Shown one piece after another: positions 10,173-19,561 of a DNA stretch of 64,000 nucleotides. The DNA comes from Acidobacteriota bacterium. Lineage in GTDB: Bacteria > Acidobacteriota > UBA6911 > RPQK01 > CBDAPI01. Position 1 is the first letter of the stretch. Every line of letters begins with the position of its first letter. Position numbers and translations under genes: made by a program. The notes below the pieces were generated by a model that saw only the letters and a list, made by a program, of their open reading frames with translations, was not told the origin of the DNA and did not search any database. The DNA lies in assembly GCA_965214465.1 (NCBI GenBank), contig CBDCBX010000019.1, positions 147,987-211,986 on the forward strand, in the 5' to 3' direction.

Positions 10173-11831
10173 CTAGTTCCCATCCGGAAACCCACCATTT
10201 GAGCTTCCTAAGTGGTTGTTTCTTATACCAGATGCTACGGTTCCAGGGGTCGGTATTAGCCGACAGCAGGGATGGGGCGGTCGAGTGAGCCAGATGCAGT
10301 TTCCGACCAACACCTTACCCTCAAGATCCCCCTCCATTATGGCGTCCAGCGACTCGTTTACAACCGTAGCCGGGCCAACACCAACAGATTGAAACTGAGC
10401 ACCGAGAGATGCACATACTGCTGGAAGTGCTCCCATCCCTTCCAGGTGCAACGATCCGCTCCGAAGACCCGTTTGAGCATCGAGATACAGCCTTCGATTC
10501 CAGCCCGAAAGCGCCTCAACTGCTTGTAAACCCAGCTGGAGCGCACCATATCGATGACCTTCAGCCCTGCCTTTTTGGCAAAGGCCACATCCTGGATTCC
10601 TTGCTTCTTGGCCCACCTCAGATTGTTCTGAGTGGCGAATCCCCCGTCGAAGCTGGCTTGGCGAGGATAGCGCCCGTAGATCTGATGCTGACGCTCCAGC
10701 ATCGGCTGCATTTGCGCCTGGTCAGCGGGATTGCCTTGCGTGACCAGACAATCGACGATCAGTGAGGTCTTGCCGCAAGTCAAAAAGATCTTGTGACCGA
10801 AAATCGTCTCGCGGCCCCCGGTCTGGATAATGTCGCTATGCTCCTCAAAGATCGAGACCACCTTCTCAGCGGCCGGAACCTTCTGGCCCTGCAAGACGCG
10901 CCGGTCGGTCTGATCGATGACTCGTCCCATTAGATCCAGATAGTGACGCAGCTGCTGGAGAATCACCTCAGATTCGATCCCCTGCCAACCAGCAGCGCTC
11001 TCGAGAGCCTGACAGCCATAGCCATAGGTCTGGCCCGACACCTTGACCAGATCTTGGTAGAATTGGCGCCGATTCTGGCCCCGGCTGTTGCGGATGTTCG
11101 TCACTCGGCGCTTGGCCCGCCGACAATGATTGTGGTAGACCACCGGGTAGTGCTCAGCCAACTTCCTCAACAGGGCTGTCACCTTACGCACCGAATCGTA
11201 CAAAAGCTGCGAGTCCAAAGGGTGGCGGATGCTGCTCTTGACCGACGTGGCATCCACCCGCACCTTGCGGGCCTTTTCCAAACCCTCATCATCGGCCCAA
11301 CCCACCAGCGCACGAGTGATGCTCTCCCAGGTCGAAGCTTGAATCCTGGAGATGTTCTCCTGCAGACAGCTCTTACCGGGAGACCATCCTAGAGGTAAGC
11401 GGCAGAAGGCCCGGAAGCTGGCCGAGTCGTGCACATGAAAGGCCAGCTTTGCATAGGACAATCCGTGCCAATTCTTAATCACAGCACAACGCACAACTTG
11501 CTCAGCGCTCAAACCTGGAGAGCCATTGCAGGGATCGACCTTGTCAGACAGATCTTGTAAAACCAAGGGCAGGATTTGTGGGTTAGCGTCCAGGATCCGG
11601 GAGATCATCTGCAACTCGTCACCGAGTCGGTGATCGGGCCAAAGCGGCGTGAGTGGCATCTGATTTTCTCTGTTCTTTCGCATTTTCGGAGCTCCTTGAT
11701 TGCCATAAGTCTTTTTGTTTCAGTGGTTTGGAACTCTTACTCTAACAAAAGACTCTGACAAACTCGGAGCTCGAAAATGTGACCTTTCCTCTTTGTTTCC
11801 AACCACTTACAGGCGATCGGATGGGAACTAG
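10173..11831 (-). mobile_element. ISNCY/IS5-like element
   Basis: TIR CTAGTTCCCATCCG / CGGATGGGAACTAG, flanked by a further CTAG on each side. Confidence 0.85.
10358..11683 (-). CDS. DDE transposase (ISNCY/IS5-like)
   Basis: RVDATSV, SFDGGF and RFRAGIEGCISMLKR motifs. Confidence 0.85.
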   Translation of the reverse strand: MRKNRENQMPLTPLWPDHRLGDELQMISRILDANPQILPLVLQDLSDKVDPCNGSPGLSAEQVVRCAVIKNWHGLSYAKLAFHVHDSASFRAFCRLPLGWSPGKSCLQENISRIQASTWESITRALVGWADDEGLEKARKVRVDATSVKSSIRHPLDSQLLYDSVRKVTALLRKLAEHYPVVYHNHCRRAKRRVTNIRNSRGQNRRQFYQDLVKVSGQTYGYGCQALESAAGWQGIESEVILQQLRHYLDLMGRVIDQTDRRVLQGQKVPAAEKVVSIFEEHSDIIQTGGRETIFGHKIFLTCGKTSLIVDCLVTQGNPADQAQMQPMLERQHQIYGRYPRQASFDGGFATQNNLRWAKKQGIQDVAFAKKAGLKVIDMVRSSWVYKQLRRFRAGIEGCISMLKRVFGADRCTWKGWEHFQQYVHLSVLSFNLLVLARLRL

Positions 11832-11835
11832 CTAG

Positions 11836-11991
11836 TGTACTGACCGGGAAGTTCGCGGTGTTAATTCGGGATGGATTTTCGTCGTCAGTGAGGCGCACGA
11901 CGCAGGCAGGCCGAGAGTCTTTCGAGGAGCGCAACAAAGCTGTCGGCGAAAAGACGCCCGAAGTAGCAGCGTGAACTTTCCGGACAGTGCA
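11836..11991. mobile_element. 156-bp MITE-like structured element, copy 1
   Basis: Imperfect TIR TGTACTGACCGGGAAGTTC / GAACTTTCCGGACAGTGCA; CTAG on both sides; second copy at 36333. Confidence 0.85.
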
Positions 11992-11996
11992 CTAGG

Positions 11997-12337
11997 TGTG
12001 CATTCTCATGACGTTGTTCAAAAGAGGTAGTCTGCTGATGGGAGGGAGATTGGCCAGGCTCTGGTGCATACGGTGGTGATTATAGAAGTGGAGCCAGCGA
12101 GGAAGCCAGCGGGAGCGTTCTCGTGAGCTGCGGTAAGGGATGCGGTAGGCCCACTCTCTGAGCATGGTCTGGATGAAGCGCTCTGCTTTGCCGTTGGTCT
12201 GAGGGCGGTAGGGTCTGGTGTACAGATGGCGCAGGCCGTGGCGGTGGCAGCAGTTGTTGAAGGCATGAGCGCGGTAACAAGATCCATTGTCGGTGAGGAT
12301 GGAGAGCGGTTGAACACCGCGCTGATGGAAGAAGGAG
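11997..12337 (-). pseudogene. IS481-family transposase 3' remnant with its terminal end
   Basis: Minus strand reads ILTDNGSCY...TRPYRPQTNGKAERFIQTMLREWAY...NNVMRMHT; end ACA followed by CCTAG; cut off by IS3. Confidence 0.85.
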
Positions 12338-12407
12338 AGAAGTGGACCCGGAAAACTGGACCATTTGCTAAGGTGGCTCCGACCTGAATCAGAAAGGATG
12401 AGGAGTC

Positions 12408-12689
12408 ATGGCAAAACGAAGGAATTTTTCAGCTCAGTTTAAAGCGAAGGTGGCGCTGGAAGCGCTGCGAGGCGAACACACGCTGAGCGAGCTGGCGGCT
12501 CGCTACGAGGTCCACCCGAATGTGATCACAAATTGGAAAAAGCGGGCCCGAGAGGGCCTGGTCGATGTGTTCGCGGGCAAAGTTGAGAAGCGTCAGAGAG
12601 GAAGCGAGGCAAAGACCAAAGAGCTTTACGCCAAGATCGGAGAGTTGACGGTGGAAAAGGATTTTTTGTCCAAAGTGCTCGATCGCTGA
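12408..12689 (+). CDS. IS3 transposase OrfA
   Basis: MAKRRNFSAQFKAKVALEAL HTH; GATTTTTT slippery run near the 3' end. Confidence 0.9.
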   Translation: MAKRRNFSAQFKAKVALEALRGEHTLSELAARYEVHPNVITNWKKRAREGLVDVFAGKVEKRQRGSEAKTKELYAKIGELTVEKDFLSKVLDR

Positions 12690-13609
12690 GCATCAAGGCC
12701 AGAAGGGCCGCGATCGAGCCGAAGCACCCGAGGCTGAGCATGCGCAGACAATGCAGGCTGATGAGTCTGAACCGTTCGACTTTGTACTATGAGCCCAAGG
12801 GTGAGAGCGAAGAAAACCTGCAACTGATGAGACGACTGGACGAGCAGTTCTTAGAGACTCCCTACTACGGATCCCGGCAGATGGTCTATCACTTGAAACG
12901 GCAAGGCTACCAGGTGGGCCGCAAACGGGTTCGTCGCCTGATGGCCAAAATGGGCCTGACGGTCATCTATCCAAAGCCGCGGACCTCACAGCCGCACCCG
13001 GAGAATCGAGTGTATCCGTATCTTCTTCGAGACTTGGCGGTCAGCCGGCCCGATCAAGTGTGGTGTGCGGATGTCACCTACATCCCGATGCGTCGAGGTT
13101 TTTTGTACCTGGTGGCGATCATGGACTGGTACAGCCGCCGGGTTCTGTCCTGGAGGCTGTCGAACGCGCTGGAGCCGTTCTCTTGTTGCGAGGCACTCGA
13201 GGAGGCGCTCAACAGGTACGATCACCCGGAGATCTTCAATACGGACCAGGGGAGTCAGTTCACCAGCGCGGAGTTCACGGGACTACTCAAGGAGGCCGGG
13301 GTGCGTATCTCGATGGACGGCAGGGGCCGCTGGATGGACAACATCTTCATCGAGCGTCTGTGGCGTTCACTCAAATACGAATGCGTCTATCTGAACGCTT
13401 TCAAAACCGGGTCGGAGGCCCGTCAAGGGATCGGCCACTGGATCAATCTATACAACAGCGAGAGACCTCACTCGGCACACAACGGAGCGACGCCCGAAGA
13501 GGTGTACACTGGCTTGGACAAGAAATCTGAGTGGGGCCTCGCCCTCGGGCTTATCCCCTCTCAGAATTCCCCTGACTGGCGGCAACAAGAACTACGGAGT
13601 CCACCTTAG
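12686..13609 (+). CDS. IS3 transposase OrfB (probably joined to OrfA by -1 frameshift)
   Basis: WCADVTYI, NTDQGSQFTS and DNIFIERLWRSLKYE motifs; the -1 frame is open from the T6 run. Confidence 0.9.
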   Translation: MSIKARRAAIEPKHPRLSMRRQCRLMSLNRSTLYYEPKGESEENLQLMRRLDEQFLETPYYGSRQMVYHLKRQGYQVGRKRVRRLMAKMGLTVIYPKPRTSQPHPENRVYPYLLRDLAVSRPDQVWCADVTYIPMRRGFLYLVAIMDWYSRRVLSWRLSNALEPFSCCEALEEALNRYDHPEIFNTDQGSQFTSAEFTGLLKEAGVRISMDGRGRWMDNIFIERLWRSLKYECVYLNAFKTGSEARQGIGHWINLYNSERPHSAHNGATPEEVYTGLDKKSEWGLALGLIPSQNSPDWRQQELRSPP

Positions 13610-13651
13610 AAATGCCGCCGAGTGGTCCAGTTAATGGGGTCCACCTCTTAG

Positions 13652-14644
13652 ACGGCGGCGCTTCCGTTGCAATCGGTGCGGCAGAACCTTCTCTTCCACC
13701 CACGGAACACCCTATTATCGGCTGCACAAACCCAGGTCTTTGTTCGATGAAGTCGTCCACATGTGTGTCCACGGGCTTGCGATTTCTTCCATGGCTCGTA
13801 TCAAGCGCATGGCCTGGGGCACAGTGGCCCGCTGGCTCGAATCGGCGGCCGCATACGCTGAACGGTTCAACGATCGGATGCTGAAAGGCTTTGTGATCTG
13901 TGAGCTTCAGGCCGATGAGATCAGGACATTTACTGGATCAAAGAAGCGGGTGATCTGGGTTCTTACGACCCTGGAAGTGTGGTCCAGACTTTGGATCTCT
14001 GCAGTGGTTGGCCGCCGCAACTTCCGGAACATCAAGCGAGTGATTCTCAACACTTTGCAGCGAGGCCGTGTTGAACACCGCTTCCTGTTCACAACCGACG
14101 GTTTCGAGATGTACGAGTGGGCGGCGAAAAGGTTGCTCCGAGGAGTCTGCATATACGGTCAAGTGATCAAGAAGCGCCGCGAGAATCGAGTGGTCCGGGT
14201 CGATCGTAGACTGCTGCTCGGAACACAGGCAGAACTGGAAGAGGCACTCTTCTATTCGGAGGATTCCAGCACTCTCAACACCAACTTCATCGAACGCCAC
14301 AATCTAACCATCCGCCAGGGCTGTTCCTATCTTGGCCGTCGTACACCTTGCCACGTCCGACGTACGGAATTCTTGGAAGGCCAGGTGGCTCTGCTCATGG
14401 CCTATTACACTTTCTGCGACCGCACAGGGCTTTGAAGTTCGGTGAGACGCTAAGGACTCCCGCCATGCAAGCTGGACTGGCTAAAAAGAGGCTCTCCTTC
14501 CGGGACGTATTCACCAGCCAGGTGGCGTTCTTTTTATTTTTCTTGATTGTGCTTGTCGCACGGTACGCCAGATTGGATCTCAGCTCTGTTCAGTTTGGGT
14601 ACTGGAGGGGGACCGGCTCAACAACACTTGCCTGAAGAAGCACC
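13652..14644 (+). mobile_element. 3' part of an IS1-like element (transposase frameshifted near 14409) with right TIR
   Basis: RRRFRCNRCGRTF...ELQADEIRTF...IERHNLTIRQ. Terminal AACAACACTTGCCTGAAGAAGCACC is the reverse complement of 31762-31786. Confidence 0.85.
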
Positions 14645-14728
14645 CTTCGTTTTGCCATGACTCCTCATCCTTTCTGATTCAGGTCGAAGCCACCTTAGCA
14701 AATGGTCCAGTTTTCCGGGTCCACCTCT
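14645..14728 (-). mobile_element. Isolated left end of a third IS3 copy (inverted)
   Basis: Near-identical reverse complement of the IS3 left end through the first orfA codons. Confidence 0.85.
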
Positions 14729-14829
14729 GGAATCAGGAAACATGGAGGCCTGAAAGGGAAGGACCCTGTCAGTCTCAGCTGTGACTGTCGGTTATCGGCA
14801 CACAATGCTGTTGCGGGAAGGGGCTGGGC

Positions 14830-15345
14830 ATGTCTACCATGGAAACCATACTCAAGATCCACTGGAGGTGGTTCATGCAACATCGAATTCCGACTTTTTC
14901 AACTTCTCTTAGAACCCTGTTGGCCCTGACGAGTGTGTGCATCGCTGGAGCCGTCACCGGCACCCTGAAGGCGGGAGAGTTCGAAGACAACGCCTACAGG
15001 GTGGTCTCCCCCCAGGTCGTGGCAACCTCAGACATCGAGACCACTTTAATCCTCAGCAATCCACTCGTTGGAGACACTTGCGAAGTCCGGGTTTCTTATC
15101 ATCTGGGTGGAGGGACGAAGTCAGGGTTCCCGATCCTGACCAATGGGGAAGATCTGGGGCACGATTTCACGATCCACCTGGAGGGTGCAACCTTTTTTGG
15201 GAATGCCGAGTTTACGCCCTTGAAAGTAACCACGAACGGGGATGCAACTAAGACCTCTGCTTTCGCCCCAAAGCGGACACTGGTGACCGGCTACCGATCT
15301 GCCCTCCAGCTGCTATACTTAGGTCGGAAAAATGAACGGGCTTAA
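14830..15345 (+). CDS. Hypothetical, probably a truncated secreted-protein fragment
   Basis: Signal-like stretch LLALTSVCIAGAVTG, then an apparently unrelated tail; start uncertain. Confidence 0.35.
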   Translation: MSTMETILKIHWRWFMQHRIPTFSTSLRTLLALTSVCIAGAVTGTLKAGEFEDNAYRVVSPQVVATSDIETTLILSNPLVGDTCEVRVSYHLGGGTKSGFPILTNGEDLGHDFTIHLEGATFFGNAEFTPLKVTTNGDATKTSAFAPKRTLVTGYRSALQLLYLGRKNERA

Positions 15346-16555
15346 CGAGAAACGCAAGATCGTATGCGTACTCTATGATGACCCTGTAGAAGGTTACCCG
15401 CCGAAATATGCGCGCGATAGCATTCCAACGCTGACGGCGTATCCAGACGGACAGTCGTTGCCTTCGCCAAGTGCTATCGATTTTTCCCCTGGCGACCTCC
15501 TCGGTTGTGTCTCAGGGGAACTTGGGTTGCGAAGCTTTCTGGAAGATCGTGGTCACACGTTCGTGGTGATGTCTGACAAGGACGGCCCGGATTCAGTGTT
15601 CGAGAAGGAACTGGTTGACGCTGACGCCGTGATTTCTCAGCCATTCTGGCCCGCGTACCTTACGGCCGAACGGATTGCGAAGGCTACCAACCTCAAGTTG
15701 GCGATCACGGCCGGGATCGGCTCGGACCATGTTGATCTGCAGGCAGCGATCGACAAAAACATAACGGTGTGCGAGGTCACCTTTTGCAATAGCATCAGTG
15801 TTTCGGAGCATGCCGTCATGATGATTCTGGCGCTTGTGCGTGACTACATCCCCCAGTACAACTGGGTAATAAAGGGTGGATGGAACATAGCCGACGCAGT
15901 TGCCAGGTCGTACGATGTCGAAGGAATGAGTATCGGCATCCTCGGTGCCGGGCGCATTGGCTTGGCAGTGCTCAAGCGCATGAAGCCATTTGACGTGGAA
16001 CTTCACTACACTGATCGACACAGGCTAGCGGCCGAGGTCGAGAAAGAGCTCGAGCTCACGTATCACAAGGATGTGGAGTCGTTGGTGCAGGCTTGCGACG
16101 TTGTGAGCATTCACTGCCCACTTCATCCAGAGACAGAACACCTTTTTGACGAGAAATTGATAAGCAGGATGAGGCGTGGTTCCTATCTCGTAAATACGGC
16201 CCGAGGAAAGATCTGTGATCGGGACGCCGTTGCAAGAGCGCTGGAGAGGGGTCAGCTGGCGGGCTATGCTGGCGATGTCTGGTTCCCGCAGCCAGCGCCC
16301 CAGGACCATCCGTGGAGGCGTATGCCCCACCACGCGATGACACCACACACGTCTGGAACGTCGCTTTCGGCTCAGGCACGATACGCTGCAGGTGTAAGGG
16401 AGATTCTGGAGTGCTGGTTTGATGGTAAACCGATAAGGGATGAATATCTGATCGTTCAAGGCGGAAAACTAGCTGGCGCGGGCGCACATTCATACAGTGA
16501 GGGAGACGCCACTGGCGGATCGGATGAGGCCGTCCAGTTTAAGACTGGGGATTAG
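15332..16555 (+). CDS. fdh: NAD-dependent formate dehydrogenase
   Basis: LLGCVSGELGLR, AITAGIGSDHVDL, GAGRIG...YTDRH (Asp, NAD-type) and WFPQPAPQDHPWR..PHHAMTPHTSG. Confidence 0.95.
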   Translation: MNGLNEKRKIVCVLYDDPVEGYPPKYARDSIPTLTAYPDGQSLPSPSAIDFSPGDLLGCVSGELGLRSFLEDRGHTFVVMSDKDGPDSVFEKELVDADAVISQPFWPAYLTAERIAKATNLKLAITAGIGSDHVDLQAAIDKNITVCEVTFCNSISVSEHAVMMILALVRDYIPQYNWVIKGGWNIADAVARSYDVEGMSIGILGAGRIGLAVLKRMKPFDVELHYTDRHRLAAEVEKELELTYHKDVESLVQACDVVSIHCPLHPETEHLFDEKLISRMRRGSYLVNTARGKICDRDAVARALERGQLAGYAGDVWFPQPAPQDHPWRRMPHHAMTPHTSGTSLSAQARYAAGVREILECWFDGKPIRDEYLIVQGGKLAGAGAHSYSEGDATGGSDEAVQFKTGD

Positions 16556-16772
16556 AGAAGGTGGTTCCCTCTCAGAAGTAGTCGGCGGACGTTTGCAGGA
16601 CTTTGAGGACTTTTGAAATGCTTCTGCTGTCGGGTTAGATATTCGCTATAATACCGACTGACGCTGCAACCGATTGGGGATGGAAAAACGTCCTGATCGA
16701 CGACCGCCGGTAGTTGTGTCATTTCTTCGTCTCAGGGTTCAGCGATAGGTCACCAATCAGAGGAGTGAAGCC

Positions 16773-17525
16773 ATGCCGTATGACGAAAACATGATCAGTC
16801 CGATGCGCGAGGAAATGACCGGGGCCGGGTTTCGAGAGGCTCGCTCTGCCGAGGATGTCGACCGGGTGTTCGCCGAAGAAGGGCCCATGCTCTTTTTCAT
16901 CAACTCGGTCTGCGGATGCGCCGCCGGAGTCGCGCGTCCCGGAGTTCTTGCCTCCTTGAACCAATCGATCCTACCGAACAATCTGGTCACCGCCTTCGCT
17001 GGTAATGACGTGGAAGCAGTCAACCGGGCTCGCCAGCTCTTTGCCGGCTATCCGCCCTCCTCCCCATGCGCCGCCATCGTCCGTGACGGCAGGGTGATGC
17101 ATATGGTGGAACGGCATCACATTGAGGGACAGAGCGCCGAGAACGTGGCTCAGATCCTGCAGAGCGCCTACGACAAGTACTGCGGCGCCGAAATTGATGA
17201 GTCGGTGGAGATCTTCGATCCGGTGGCTGCTTTGCAGATTACCCAGCAAGAGGCTCGGGAGCGTCTCAGCGCCAACGGGGATATCGCGGTGCTGGATGTA
17301 CGGGCGCCCCAGGAAATCAGCGCGGGCAAGATCGAAGGCGCTATCGAAGTAGATCAGGCCAAGTCCCAGGAAATCATCCAGACCTGGCCGCGCGACCGCG
17401 AGATTATCGTCTACTGCCAGCACGGGGAGAGCAGCCTGCAGGCGGCCCGGTTCTTCCAGAGCCGCGGTCTTGAGAACATCAAGAGCCTGGCTGGTGGCTA
17501 CGCCGCCTGGACAGCCTCCTCGTGA
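16773..17525 (+). CDS. BrxA/BrxB-family bacilliredoxin fused to a C-terminal rhodanese domain
   Basis: INSVCGCAAGVARPG, VFAG-like AFAGNDVEA, PPSSP; C-terminal LDVR...VYCQHGESS. SD GGAG upstream. Confidence 0.85.
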   Translation: MPYDENMISPMREEMTGAGFREARSAEDVDRVFAEEGPMLFFINSVCGCAAGVARPGVLASLNQSILPNNLVTAFAGNDVEAVNRARQLFAGYPPSSPCAAIVRDGRVMHMVERHHIEGQSAENVAQILQSAYDKYCGAEIDESVEIFDPVAALQITQQEARERLSANGDIAVLDVRAPQEISAGKIEGAIEVDQAKSQEIIQTWPRDREIIVYCQHGESSLQAARFFQSRGLENIKSLAGGYAAWTASS

Positions 17526-17616
17526 GGCTCAAAGATTCAGGCGAAAGGGCTGTAGGGCCTTGAAGTGTAAGCTTTAGGGGACTTAGGCTCAAAAACCCCT
17601 TGCCGGAGAATGTCCA

Positions 17617-18119
17617 ATGGATCTCTCAAGTTTTGGCGATCTGCCCGACGACGCTCAACTCTGGGTCTTCGGCTTCGCCCGACCTCTCAGCAAAAGGGAC
17701 AGGGAAAACATCAAGAAGCATCTGGACGCATTCCTACCCCGCTGGACCTCTCACCAGATCCCGGTGCGCGGCGCCTACACCGTCTTGTATGATCGTTTCG
17801 TCCTCGTGGCCGGGCATTGCCCGGAGGGTTTGTCGGGATGCTCGATGGATAGTTGCGTCTCCAATTTCAAGCAGTTGAAAGCGCGCTGTGGCCTGGACGC
17901 CTTGGACCGGAGCCTGGTTTTTACCGCGACCGGGAAGGACAGGTGCAGTGCCTGGACCGGCCCTCCTTCCAGCGCAAAGTCGATTCTGCAGAGATCAGGC
18001 CTTCCAGCACGGTCTTCGACACCACCCTGCAGAAGCTGGGTCAGCTGAAGAGCGGCAGTCTTGAGACCCCCTTCGAGAAGTCCTGGCAGGCCACGGCGTT
18101 TCGGGTTGCGGTGGGATAG
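17617..18119 (+). pseudogene. Conserved hypothetical (SGCSxDS motif), frameshifted at T-run 17918-17922
   Basis: Adding one T gives a continuous LVFYRDREGQVQCL...FEKSWQ frame; either real decay or a homopolymer error. Confidence 0.65.
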
Positions 18120-18817
18120 ACCTTTTTCGCTCAAGACCTCAAGAGACAGCGGCGCCTTCCTCCTCCAGATGGATATGCCCGCCGAGTTTAGAGAAGCGAA
18201 ACACCATGCGCGAGTTCGAACAATCAAGCTTGGTTGTTGGTGCGGGAGACCTTTGGTCTCAAGCGACAAAGGCACAGTTTCTGTCGGCAATTCGTGATGG
18301 CAACTTGCCCCAGGAAGCCTTTCGGCGATGGCTGGGGCAGGATTACCTCTTCGCCCGGGGAGCAACCACGTTTCTGGCAGTTACAATCGCGAAAACGCCG
18401 CGGCCGGCCCAGAAGGTTCTGATTTCAGGACTGAGCGCGCTCCACTTGGAGCTGGACTGGTTCGAGGAGAATGCACAGAAACGGGGTCTCGATTTGAACC
18501 TTGCGTATTCCGGTGAAACCGGCCACCCAATCCGGGGAAGGTGGCCACCCGGTCGGAGCGAAGCGACGCTGGGGATTTCATGATGTGTCAGGTGGCCGTT
18601 TTGAGTCAAAGTAACTTCGATCGATTGGCACTCTAGAAACCTCCAATAAAGATGTGTGTGAAGCAGTCGTAGAGGCTGTGGGAAGTGTGGGAAACTGCCG
18701 AGCGCAGCGAGGAGTTGTCCAAGCCCTGTGAGAACCCACGTGCCGGGAATCCTGAGCAGATCTGCAAAGCGCTGAATGGGTTTGCACAGGGCGGCAGTTT
18801 CCATAGCCTTTTTGCCT

Positions 18818-19561
18818 TTAGTCCTGAGAAGCCGCCAGACGCTTTCGCATGGAACCTCCTGCGAGTTCCAGGCGATGGGCGTTGTGAACGAGCCGGTCTA
18901 AGATGCTGTCGGCCAGAGTCGGATCACCGATCTGTTGGTGCCAATCGGCAATGGGGATCTGGCTGGTCAAGATGGTGGAGCGAGTGTTGTAACGATCCTC
19001 GCAGATCTCGAGGAAGTCACGACGTTCGCTCTCAGCCAAGGCCGTCATGGCGAAGTCATCGACGATGAGGATATCGACACGGGCCAGTTTTGCCAGGCGT
19101 TTGTGCAGAGTCCCGTCGGCGCGAGCTATGGAGAGTTCTCGAAAGAGTACAGGCTGGCGGGTATAGAAGGCTGTGTGGCCCTGGCGGATAGCCAGCTGGG
19201 CGAAGGCACAGGCCAGAAAGGTCTTACCCACACCGCAGGGGCCAAGCAGGATGAGATTCTGATGTCTGGTGATCCAGTCGCAGGTGGCCAGGGAACGGAC
19301 GAGGGATCGATCCAGTCCTCGGGCAGGACGGTAGTCGATATCCTCGAGGCAAGCCTGGCTGTCCTTGAGATGGGCGTTTTTCAGGCGCCGGGCCTGGACC
19401 TGGTTCTCTCTCCAGAGCCAGTGTCGATCAATCAGCCAGCCGATACGCTCCTCGAAGCTGAGAACGGAGGAGTCGGGATCTTCGAGTTGCTGGGTGAGAG
19501 CCTCGGCCAGGCCGGTCAGGCGCATGGAGTGAAGTTTTTCGAGAGTCTGGTTAATGAGCAT
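18818..19561 (-). CDS. istB: IS21 helper ATPase IstB
   Basis: GPCGVGKT Walker A, LIVDDF Walker B, ADSILDRLVHNAH; start MLINQT at 19561. Confidence 0.95.
   Translation of the reverse strand: MLINQTLEKLHSMRLTGLAEALTQQLEDPDSSVLSFEERIGWLIDRHWLWRENQVQARRLKNAHLKDSQACLEDIDYRPARGLDRSLVRSLATCDWITRHQNLILLGPCGVGKTFLACAFAQLAIRQGHTAFYTRQPVLFRELSIARADGTLHKRLAKLARVDILIVDDFAMTALAESERRDFLEICEDRYNTRSTILTSQIPIADWHQQIGDPTLADSILDRLVHNAHRLELAGGSMRKRLAASQD

Larger units (their letters stand above)
12338..13648 (+). mobile_element. IS3-family element, copy 1
   Basis: Ends AGAAGTGGACCC...GGGTCCACCTCT are shared with the copy at 31975; orfA/orfB layout. Confidence 0.9.
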
